Of a stretch of 64,000 bases of DNA, positions 20,173-28,022 are shown piece after piece (the first letter of the stretch is position 1; the number at the start of each line of letters is the position of its first letter). The notes beneath the pieces are model-generated. The model saw only the letters and a list, made by a program, of their open reading frames with translations, was not told the DNA's origin and did no database searches. The translations under genes were made by a program, and so were the position numbers. Source of the stretch: Alphaproteobacteria bacterium (GTDB taxonomy: Bacteria; Planctomycetota; Phycisphaerae; UBA1845); assembly GCA_028285105.1 (NCBI GenBank), contig JANQQE010000029.1:40256-104255 (forward strand), in the 5' to 3' direction.

Positions 20173-20556
20173 ATGTCAAGGATTCTGGTTGCCGACGACG
20201 ATTTGATGGTACGGGCAGTTGTTGAAAAACGCCTTGCACACGCCGGACACTCCGTGGTTATCGCACGCGATGGCATCGAAGCGTTGCATCAATTCGAATG
20301 CGAAGATCTGGACTTGGCATTATTGGACGCATCGATGCCATGCATGAGCGGGTTTGACGTGTGTCGGGAGATCAGGACGCTGGACCCATACCGCAACTGC
20401 AAGATCGTTTTTCTTTCCGGAGCAACGATTCCTACCGAAGACTACGTTTCGCGATGCGTAGACGCCTGTGAAGCCGACGCCTACGTGCGCAAACCGTATG
20501 AGGCCACCGAGTTGCTTGGCGTCATTGAAAAGGTTCTTGAAGGGGAACCGTGTTAG
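20173..20556 (+). CDS. Single-domain response regulator (receiver)
   Basis: ILVADDD, LALLDASMP, IVFLSG, YVRKPY. Confidence 0.9.
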   Translation: MSRILVADDDLMVRAVVEKRLAHAGHSVVIARDGIEALHQFECEDLDLALLDASMPCMSGFDVCREIRTLDPYRNCKIVFLSGATIPTEDYVSRCVDACEADAYVRKPYEATELLGVIEKVLEGEPC

Positions 20557-20948
20557 GCGCTGGAACTGCCTGGAGACAATGCCAATAACGATTTGATCTT
20601 TGAAATCACCTTTGATCCGTCAAACGGCTTTTCAATAAAGCAGCGCGATCCGAGCGCTAAGGCCTCAACCCGCGATTTCTCGACAACGTTCGCCGAAAGC
20701 GTGATCACTGGCGTATCGTGCGTCGCGTCAAACTCCTTCAGCATTCTTAGAACATCAAAACCGTCCATGCCGGGCATACGCAAATCCAGCAAGATGAGAT
20801 CGGGCGACTCACTCTTGGCCAACGCTATTCCGGAATCGCCATTGTCTGCGCTGATCACATCGAATCCATTGGAACGAAGCCGAATGGAAAGACTCTGAAC
20901 AATACCCGGTTCGTCGTCTACAATGAGAATTCTGGGGGAGTTATGCAT
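20553..20948 (-). CDS. Single-domain response regulator (receiver)
   Basis: ILIVDDE, LILLDLRMPGMDG, FIEKPF. Confidence 0.9.
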   Translation of the reverse strand: MHNSPRILIVDDEPGIVQSLSIRLRSNGFDVISADNGDSGIALAKSESPDLILLDLRMPGMDGFDVLRMLKEFDATHDTPVITLSANVVEKSRVEALALGSRCFIEKPFDGSKVISKIKSLLALSPGSSSA

Positions 20949-22518
20949 GGACGGATTCCATCGCAGAGACGCATTCGTTGAACTGCTTCATGAATTCCTT
21001 GGTTCCAAAGCCTGCGTCCCATGTTCCAAGCTCTTCTATTAAGGGCTCTTGATTTGTATTGAGTTCAAGATGCGAATGCTCTCTGCTGAACTGTTTCTTC
21101 AAGCGATTGACGAGTGGGCTGTATTCCTTCGCATTTCCTGCCGCGACCAATAACCACTGGCCAGGACAATTCTTGATCAAAAGGTCGCTGCGACGAATCG
21201 AATGTGATAAGCGTCGCCCTATTGCCAGTTCATCCTCTTCATCGAGTTCGTTTTCGTACCGTATCTCAATAATTGAAAGGGTGAAAATGTCGTTGCGGAA
21301 GTGACCCACTCGCCTCAAGTATCGATTGATCAATGCCCTGCGGTTTGCGAACGGTAGTGTAAATGAAAACGTACTACCATGATTGAGTTCGCTGTGCGCT
21401 GAGATGTCGCCGAGATTCAGGTGAACGAGATCGCGGGCGATACTCAGTCCAAGCCCAAAACCCTTGTACCCACTCTTGGCCCCCTCTTCCAGTTGTTTGA
21501 AACGTTGAAAAAGCAACTCTAAGTCTTTTTGCGGAATGCCGCGACCATTGTCTTCTATAGAAATGCATATCTCACTCAGTTCATGGTTGGGCGAGACAAC
21601 CAGTTTGACGTGTCCGGGATTTCCGCAGAATTTCAATGCGTTAATGATGAGGTTTGTGATAACCCGCCCTGCTTTTTCACCGTCGCAGTAAACGGCTGGA
21701 ACGTTGTCCGGAATCTCAAATTCAAGAGTAGAACCGTTGGCTGCCGCCTTTTGGAGGAGCGGTTTTTCAAGCCGACCGATGATATCGCCAATCTCCAAAT
21801 CCTGGCGGTTGAATCCGAGGAGTCCGGCTTCCAGCTTGCTGGTGTCGAGCATATCGTCTACCAACACGCAGAGATCCTCGACACGATTTATGATGATGCC
21901 CAGATATTCGCACTGTTCTTCGCTCGGTTCTCCAGCCAACCCATCCCGCATGATCGAGGCAAATTCTTTAATCACCGTCAACGGCGTACGGAATTCATGA
22001 GACACATGATCCACAAACTCATGCGCTGTATTGCACAGATCGGCCAATCTGCGGTTCTTAACTGCCAGCACGTCATTCTGTTGACGCAAGTCGTTGGCAA
22101 GTTGCTTGTTGAGCGACTCAAGTCGTCTTTGATGAAACCGACTTCGCGCCTGTTCGATCGACCTTCGGAGCAAATCTGGAGTCAACTCGCGTTTAGTCAG
22201 GTAGTCATCGGCACCTTTTTTCATGAGCTCGCGGACGACGAATTCATCGCCGCGTCCCGTCAAGGCAATAATTGGAAGCAACTCTCCGGATCGCCTGAAT
22301 TGCTCAATAACTTTCACGCCATTTTCGGAACCGAGCATGTGATCCACGAAGATCAGATCGAAGCTGCGAGCCCTGAGAAGATCGCGCGCCATTTCTGAAT
22401 TCGGTACGTGCGCAAACTCGATCTGAAACATCGAAATCCCAACAAGGGCGCGGCGCAGCAAATCGGCATCACCATCATCGTCATCGATTGCAAGTATGGA
22501 AAGTTGTTCGGTTATCAT
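20941..22518 (-). CDS. Receiver-HisKA-HATPase hybrid kinase with extra C-terminal domain
   Basis: ILAIDDD...IFVDHML...LTK; VSHEFRTPLT; NLIINALKF; DNGRGI; GFGLGLSIA. Start reassigned to ATG 22518 (GGAGTAGGT SD). Confidence 0.88.
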   Translation of the reverse strand: MITEQLSILAIDDDDGDADLLRRALVGISMFQIEFAHVPNSEMARDLLRARSFDLIFVDHMLGSENGVKVIEQFRRSGELLPIIALTGRGDEFVVRELMKKGADDYLTKRELTPDLLRRSIEQARSRFHQRRLESLNKQLANDLRQQNDVLAVKNRRLADLCNTAHEFVDHVSHEFRTPLTVIKEFASIMRDGLAGEPSEEQCEYLGIIINRVEDLCVLVDDMLDTSKLEAGLLGFNRQDLEIGDIIGRLEKPLLQKAAANGSTLEFEIPDNVPAVYCDGEKAGRVITNLIINALKFCGNPGHVKLVVSPNHELSEICISIEDNGRGIPQKDLELLFQRFKQLEEGAKSGYKGFGLGLSIARDLVHLNLGDISAHSELNHGSTFSFTLPFANRRALINRYLRRVGHFRNDIFTLSIIEIRYENELDEEDELAIGRRLSHSIRRSDLLIKNCPGQWLLVAAGNAKEYSPLVNRLKKQFSREHSHLELNTNQEPLIEELGTWDAGFGTKEFMKQFNECVSAMESVHA

Positions 22519-22522
22519 GTAC

Positions 22523-23500
22523 CTACTCCACAACTGTGCCATGTTCCTGGAATAGATTGCAACATCGGTTTCGCCCGCAGTTCTTGGCTTCGTAAAGTGC
22601 CCGGTCCGCTTCCTCCTGGATAAGACTCAAATCGGAGGGAGATCCAATGGCGCATCCGATGCTGATGGTGACACGACCGAACGGATCGTTTCCGGCGTGC
22701 TCTTCTTCAAGTTCCCAGACGGCTGATCGAAGCCGTTCACCAAGCGCTTCCAGTTCAGCTTCTGACGAAATGCACGTGATCAAAACGAACTCCTCACCAC
22801 CGTATCGACCAAGGACGTCGTTACCGCGCACGCTTTCGCGAAGGGCGCTTGCTACAGTTTTCAGACAGATGTCGCCAGCCGAGTGTCCGTACATGTCGTT
22901 GAATCTTTTGAAATGATCGACGTCAATCATGAAAATTGCGATCGGTCTGCTCAATCCGCACGCCGCAGCGCATATTTGTTCAGCAGACTCTTCCCAGGCT
23001 CGTCGGTTGAACAATTCTGTCAATGGATCAACGCGGCTCGATTGTGCCAGTTGAAGATTGGCCTCAGCCAACTGCATATACGCAGCTTCTGAATTGGCTT
23101 CGGCAAGGCGTTGATCGGCTCTCATGCGAGCGACTCTGATGGAGGCTTCAAGCGTTTCATGGGTGATATCGGATTTGATGATGTAGTCATCCACTCCTGC
23201 GCGGACCAACTCGGCGGCGACGTACTCATTGCCTGCACCTGTCACGACAATGACTGGACGACGATCGCCTCTATTGCGCATTTCCATGAGGAGTTGGAGG
23301 CCTGTAGATGCACCAAGACAATAATCGAGGATCAGCAAGTCGAAGTCCTGCCAATCTGGTAATCGTTGCGCGTCAGAAGCACTTAGCGTATGGTGCAATT
23401 CTGCAGCGAAGTTGTTACATTGCGCCAGCGCGCGACGCAGCAGTTCTGCATCGCCCGGATCGTCGTCAATCAACAGGATTTTTACTGCTTCCCGACTCAT
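22523..23500 (-). CDS. Receiver-GGDEF diguanylate cyclase
   Basis: ILLIDDD...LILDYCL; DPLTELFNRR, DVDHFKRFNDMYGHSAGD, RGNDVLGRYGGEEF (RxxD I-site and GGEEF intact). Confidence 0.93.
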   Translation of the reverse strand: MSREAVKILLIDDDPGDAELLRRALAQCNNFAAELHHTLSASDAQRLPDWQDFDLLILDYCLGASTGLQLLMEMRNRGDRRPVIVVTGAGNEYVAAELVRAGVDDYIIKSDITHETLEASIRVARMRADQRLAEANSEAAYMQLAEANLQLAQSSRVDPLTELFNRRAWEESAEQICAAACGLSRPIAIFMIDVDHFKRFNDMYGHSAGDICLKTVASALRESVRGNDVLGRYGGEEFVLITCISSEAELEALGERLRSAVWELEEEHAGNDPFGRVTISIGCAIGSPSDLSLIQEEADRALYEAKNCGRNRCCNLFQEHGTVVE

Positions 23501-23955
23501 ATTTTTGCCCCAACCGGTAAAGTCACAAGTTCAAACCAATAGTGGCCTATCTCCGCGATGGCCGATACGAATTCGGTGGGATCGACGGGTTTCGTAATAA
23601 ACGAATTGCATCCCAATTCGTAGCTGGTACTGACATCAAGTTCGTGTTTGGAAGTTGTCAGCACGATCACCGGGATGCGCTTGAGTTGTTCGTCGGACCG
23701 CATGCGTTGCAATACCTGCCGCCCGTCCACCTTTGGCATATTGAGATCGAGCATGACCAGATCGGGCGTTGGTGCCGATTCATGTGTATACGCACCCTCC
23801 TGTTTCAGGTAATCGAGCGCTACGACTCCGTCCGAAACGATGGTAAGATTTGTATCAATTGCACCTTTGCGAAGCGCGCGACTTACCAATTCCTGATCGC
23901 CCGGATCGTCTTCGACTAATAGCACATTTGCCGATCTTGTGCGTTTTTGTTCCAT
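23497..23955 (-). CDS. Rcp1-like single-domain response regulator
   Basis: VLLVEDDPGDQEL, PDLVMLDLNMPKVDG, IPVIVLTTS, SFITKPV, YWFELVTLP. Start reassigned to ATG 23955. Confidence 0.9.
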   Translation of the reverse strand: MEQKRTRSANVLLVEDDPGDQELVSRALRKGAIDTNLTIVSDGVVALDYLKQEGAYTHESAPTPDLVMLDLNMPKVDGRQVLQRMRSDEQLKRIPVIVLTTSKHELDVSTSYELGCNSFITKPVDPTEFVSAIAEIGHYWFELVTLPVGAKI

Positions 23956-25832
23956 GACTTTGTCTCTTCTGAACAAGCAAGCGTAAACCTGAATTCCGAC
24001 CACTGGCCTGGTTTCGATTCGGCCCAGATTCTTCCTCCGTGCCGCTCGACAACCTTCCGACAAATTGCCAATCCGATACCGCTGCCTTCGTACTCCGCGC
24101 GTCCATGTAACCGCTTAAAGGGCGAGAATATCTGCTCCAAGTATTGTTGCTCCATCCCAATGCCGTTATCCCTCACGATAACCATACATTCTTCTGCCGT
24201 GCCTTGAGCCGAAATCTCAATGATGGGTCTGCGATTCTCTGCACGGTATTTGAGTGCGTTGCCAATAAGGTTCTGAAACAACTGTGTCAGGAGTCGCGAA
24301 TCGCCATAAACGGTCTTCATATCGCAGCAGTTTATGGTTGCTTGTGTCTCTTCAATTCGCATGGACATCGTCGTCAAAGCCTCATCGATGCATGACTGAA
24401 GGCAGACAGGTTCCATGTGCGTTTCTCCACGACCGGACCGCGACAGTTCAAGGAGGTCATCGACAAGGTGTTCCATGCGATTTGCAGCGTCCGTGATGAA
24501 TTTCAGATCCTTGGCGGCGTCTTCCGGAAGATCTCCTCCCAGGTCCATGGGGAGAAGTTTGCTGAAGGCCTGAAGTTTGCGCAGCGGTTCTTGCAGGTCG
24601 TGGCTTGCGACATAGGTGAATTCATCCAACTCTGCATTTCGCCGTCTCAAAATTTCTTCATGCGCGCGTAGTTCCTCTTCGGACTTTCGAGTTTGTTCGA
24701 GTAGCTTCTCGATCTGCTCGCTGCGCTGCCGAAAGACCTGGGCAGCCGCCGCAAGTTCCCCGATTTCATCACGCCGATTAAGAAATGGGATGCGATCTGT
24801 AGTGCTTCCGTCGGCAAGTCGTTTGAGCGTATTCGTGATGGCTTTGAGCGGAGGCGCGATGGTTCGACTGATCCAAATGCCAGAAATGATTCCCAGGAGA
24901 ATCGTTGTCACCGCAATGGTTCCGCTGATCTGAGCGAAGCGCTGCATGGAGGCGTCCATATCACGCGAAAGCGATTCGCTCGATTCGGCGATGAGCTTGT
25001 TGAACTGATTGGAGTGCCGTAGAAATTCTGCCGCCTCTCCGGCCATTGCTACATTGACCAGGTATAAGTATGTGCGTGTCGCCTGAACGATATCGATCAA
25101 GGATTTTTCGTAATTCTGAAGTGAGATATCCAATTTTTTGCTGACGCTGCTCGTAGCGGGCAGTCGATCGAATCCAAGTCGTTCAGTAGCCAGATCGATA
25201 TCACGAATTCGCGATTTCGCAATATCAACTTGATTTGCATCCGGAAGACGCAGATAGCTGAGCGTGGCAACCTGCGCTTCTTGAGCCAGCGTTTCGCAGC
25301 GCGCCAGATCGATAGCATCGTTGTTAGATACGTGTGGTGTTAATGTTGCAATGATCTGTAGAATGCGTTGATAGGCCGGTACAAGTGATTCGTCGTAGAT
25401 TTGATCGCGACGTCCTCGTTCCCTTTCAACAGAATCGAACAATTCGCGATGTTGCCCAAGATGCCCATGCATCTTTTGAACGTATTCTTCACGATCGAGG
25501 TCGGATACATTCTCCTCCAATGCGTCAAGCTGATGCTCAACGGTGTTGTGAAGGTCCGCGATTCGAACAACCGTTGATCTGTTTCCGGTCAAGACGAATG
25601 AGAGAACGCTTCGTTGCAACTCTTCGACGGATGTGTCCAACCTTGAGCTGTCCAGCATGACCTGTCGCAACAAGCGGTGTGTTTGCAGATCGTCCTCAGC
25701 TCGTTTCTGACCGATATGGGCAAAGACGGCAATACAGATGTGCAAGAGCAAAACAAGCGTGAAACCAAGCGTAATACGTGCGCTAACGCTCATGCTCGAA
25801 CCCGGCTCGGTTGGATTATTCGATGATGACAT
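23916..25832 (-). CDS. Sensor histidine kinase with helical periplasmic domain, HAMP and Cph1-like core
   Basis: TM1 ITLGFTLVLLLHICIAVF; TM2 + HAMP (IAPPLKAI...RRDEIGELA); ASHDLQEPLRK; GSGIGLAICRKVVERHGG. Confidence 0.9.
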   Translation of the reverse strand: MSSSNNPTEPGSSMSVSARITLGFTLVLLLHICIAVFAHIGQKRAEDDLQTHRLLRQVMLDSSRLDTSVEELQRSVLSFVLTGNRSTVVRIADLHNTVEHQLDALEENVSDLDREEYVQKMHGHLGQHRELFDSVERERGRRDQIYDESLVPAYQRILQIIATLTPHVSNNDAIDLARCETLAQEAQVATLSYLRLPDANQVDIAKSRIRDIDLATERLGFDRLPATSSVSKKLDISLQNYEKSLIDIVQATRTYLYLVNVAMAGEAAEFLRHSNQFNKLIAESSESLSRDMDASMQRFAQISGTIAVTTILLGIISGIWISRTIAPPLKAITNTLKRLADGSTTDRIPFLNRRDEIGELAAAAQVFRQRSEQIEKLLEQTRKSEEELRAHEEILRRRNAELDEFTYVASHDLQEPLRKLQAFSKLLPMDLGGDLPEDAAKDLKFITDAANRMEHLVDDLLELSRSGRGETHMEPVCLQSCIDEALTTMSMRIEETQATINCCDMKTVYGDSRLLTQLFQNLIGNALKYRAENRRPIIEISAQGTAEECMVIVRDNGIGMEQQYLEQIFSPFKRLHGRAEYEGSGIGLAICRKVVERHGGRIWAESKPGQWSEFRFTLACSEETKSWNKNAQDRQMCY

Positions 25833-25864
25833 CTTAATTGGGGATGCACCTTAATTAGACAAAA

Positions 25865-27115
25865 CTAGTGTGAGACGAGTTCGTACCACCGAACCAAACT
25901 GTATTCGTAAGTATTCATCACCGTGTTCCAAACAGCGATGTTACTCAGCCGCTTTGTGTACGAACCGCCACTTCTTTCCTCGCCGACTCTTGCGACGACG
26001 TTTCCGTCAGGACCGCTCAGATCCTTCGACGCAGGCTTCCCTTCGTACCAGAAGTCCCATTCGCTCGGATCGAGAAATTCACGTGATCGATCGGGATTCG
26101 AAATGTAATAGCCTTGTCGCGCAATCAAGGCGCCAGGCCAACCGGACAACCACCAATTCATGTACTCGTACGCAGCGTCTTTCGCGTGCCCCGATGCGGC
26201 TGAAGAGAGGCACATCACGCCATGCCAGGCACGGAATCCTTCACGCGGGGCTGCATATTGACACGGAATCCCCTGACCGCGCAGCATTGCGACAGCCGGA
26301 GAAAACATACTTTCAAGAACGACGCGACCGCTTCGCATGAATTCAGCCGATTGCGGAACGGAATTCCACAAGCCGCTGAAATGTCCTCGGGATTTAAATT
26401 TCAGAAGGATTTCAAAGAGCTCATCAACTTCGGATTTGGTCATGTTTCCGATGTCTTGAAACGTCATCAATCCTTTGGCCTGCACCGCCAGGGCGGCATC
26501 GAATAATCCAATGGTCGGTTCGTTGGCCAGCGCGACTTTGCCTCTCCAGGCGTCGTCGAGCAACCATCCCCAGCTTTCGGTCTTGTACGGTACGCCGCGC
26601 TCGACAACCGCGGAGTTGTAACCAAAGGAGTCGACGTTATGCACATAGGGCAGGAAGCTGATCAGATCGGATTGACTCGACGATAGCCGATCGTCGGATT
26701 GCACATACAACAACTTGTATGGAGCATCGCCAGCCCCCAACGGTGCGGACTCGGTAATCCTGCCCGTCTTGGTCAATCCGTTGATTTCATCCCAATGATC
26801 GATGCGGTTGCGTTCGATCGGTTGAATCGCGTTGGCCTGCCAAAGCACGTTGATGCTGTTAGACCATTGCTCATAAAGATCGAAGGATTCTGGGCGTGTC
26901 GAGGCCTTGTGGAGCAAGGCGGCATCGCCTTTGGGCTCAAAAACAATCTCAATTCCCAGATCGCGTTCGGCCCGTTCACGGATCGCTTCCTGAAGCGTGA
27001 CGTGCGTTCCAAGCACGCGCAGGCGACGGCGAGGGGATGCATGCACTGCGGGCGCCCCGATCATGCAGCACGCAGTTGCCGCACCAGCGGTTTTCAGAAA
27101 CTTCCTGCGATTCAT
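25865..27115 (-). CDS. Tat-exported solute-binding protein (PotD/PotF-like, ABC-type), orphan
   Basis: Twin-arginine signal MNRRKFLKTAGAATA (ATG 27115); VHNVDSFGYN, SWGWLLD..WRGKVAL, PREGFRAWHG, AAYEYMNWWL. Confidence 0.8.
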   Translation of the reverse strand: MNRRKFLKTAGAATACCMIGAPAVHASPRRRLRVLGTHVTLQEAIRERAERDLGIEIVFEPKGDAALLHKASTRPESFDLYEQWSNSINVLWQANAIQPIERNRIDHWDEINGLTKTGRITESAPLGAGDAPYKLLYVQSDDRLSSSQSDLISFLPYVHNVDSFGYNSAVVERGVPYKTESWGWLLDDAWRGKVALANEPTIGLFDAALAVQAKGLMTFQDIGNMTKSEVDELFEILLKFKSRGHFSGLWNSVPQSAEFMRSGRVVLESMFSPAVAMLRGQGIPCQYAAPREGFRAWHGVMCLSSAASGHAKDAAYEYMNWWLSGWPGALIARQGYYISNPDRSREFLDPSEWDFWYEGKPASKDLSGPDGNVVARVGEERSGGSYTKRLSNIAVWNTVMNTYEYSLVRWYELVSH

Positions 27116-27548
27116 CGAAAATCCTTGGTAATGATGGATTCCCCAATCGATCCACAAAACGTTGCGACTCAAAATAGGTGTGTCGAGTTGGCATAGACAA
27201 ACACGCTACGTCCAATTCTCGTCGATCAATGCATCGACGCATGTGGATAGGGCCTTTAAGGGCAATCCGTGTCACAACGATCGCGATTTACCAGCCCTGC
27301 ACATAGGACCGATAAACGGTCCCTTTTCATTCGCCATCGAGTTTGTATCAAGCCCGATCGTATTGAAGGATTGCATTCCCGATGCCGTTATGGAAGTTAA
27401 ACTGAAATAGCATGACATCTGATCTGTGCGCGCAAGTCGTTGGCATCAGGGGATCAATTGGAACGGAGAAAGGACTGGAGATGTTCGGTCTAAGCGGCAA
27501 CAGACATTGGGCTGAATCGTCGTTCTATCGCTACAAAGGGAGTAAATC

Positions 27549-27974
27549 GTGTCCGTGAATTCATCGAGAGCGACGATAATGGTCATCGATGACGATGAGG
27601 CGTTGCTTGAAGTCTTGCGGCTGCGGCTTGGTGAAGCGGGATTCGAGGTCATAGCGATCAATCATCCGACTGAAGCAATGTCGCGCGTGCTGACTGAACG
27701 GCCCGACCTGATTATCCTTGACATCGAGATGCCATATTTCAACGGCTTGGACTTTCAGGAATGCCTGTATTCAACGGAACGCGGCCAGCAAATCCCGATC
27801 ATCTACCTGAGCGGCGCGGACAATTTCCCAAACTTTGAGGACTCGATGAAATTGGGGGCTGAGGCTTTTATATCCAAACCTTACGATCTTGCAGAACTTC
27901 TCGAGACGATCGACCAGGTACTCGCGCGCCGCGGTGTACGCCGACCGGCCAATTCGAAGTTGGCAAGTGGGTAG
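27549..27974 (+). CDS. Single-domain response regulator (receiver)
   Basis: IMVIDDD, LIILDIEMP, IIYLSG, FISKPY. Confidence 0.9.
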   Translation: MSVNSSRATIMVIDDDEALLEVLRLRLGEAGFEVIAINHPTEAMSRVLTERPDLIILDIEMPYFNGLDFQECLYSTERGQQIPIIYLSGADNFPNFEDSMKLGAEAFISKPYDLAELLETIDQVLARRGVRRPANSKLASG

Positions 27975-28022
27975 ACGGCGTTGAGCATATCGCGCCATTG
28001 CGTTTTGCCTTGTCGTGTATCG

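Noticed and set aside
17130-24645. Recent gene conversion between the two kinases
   Set aside because: Many synonymous differences occur across the shared segment; selection on protein sequence fits better.
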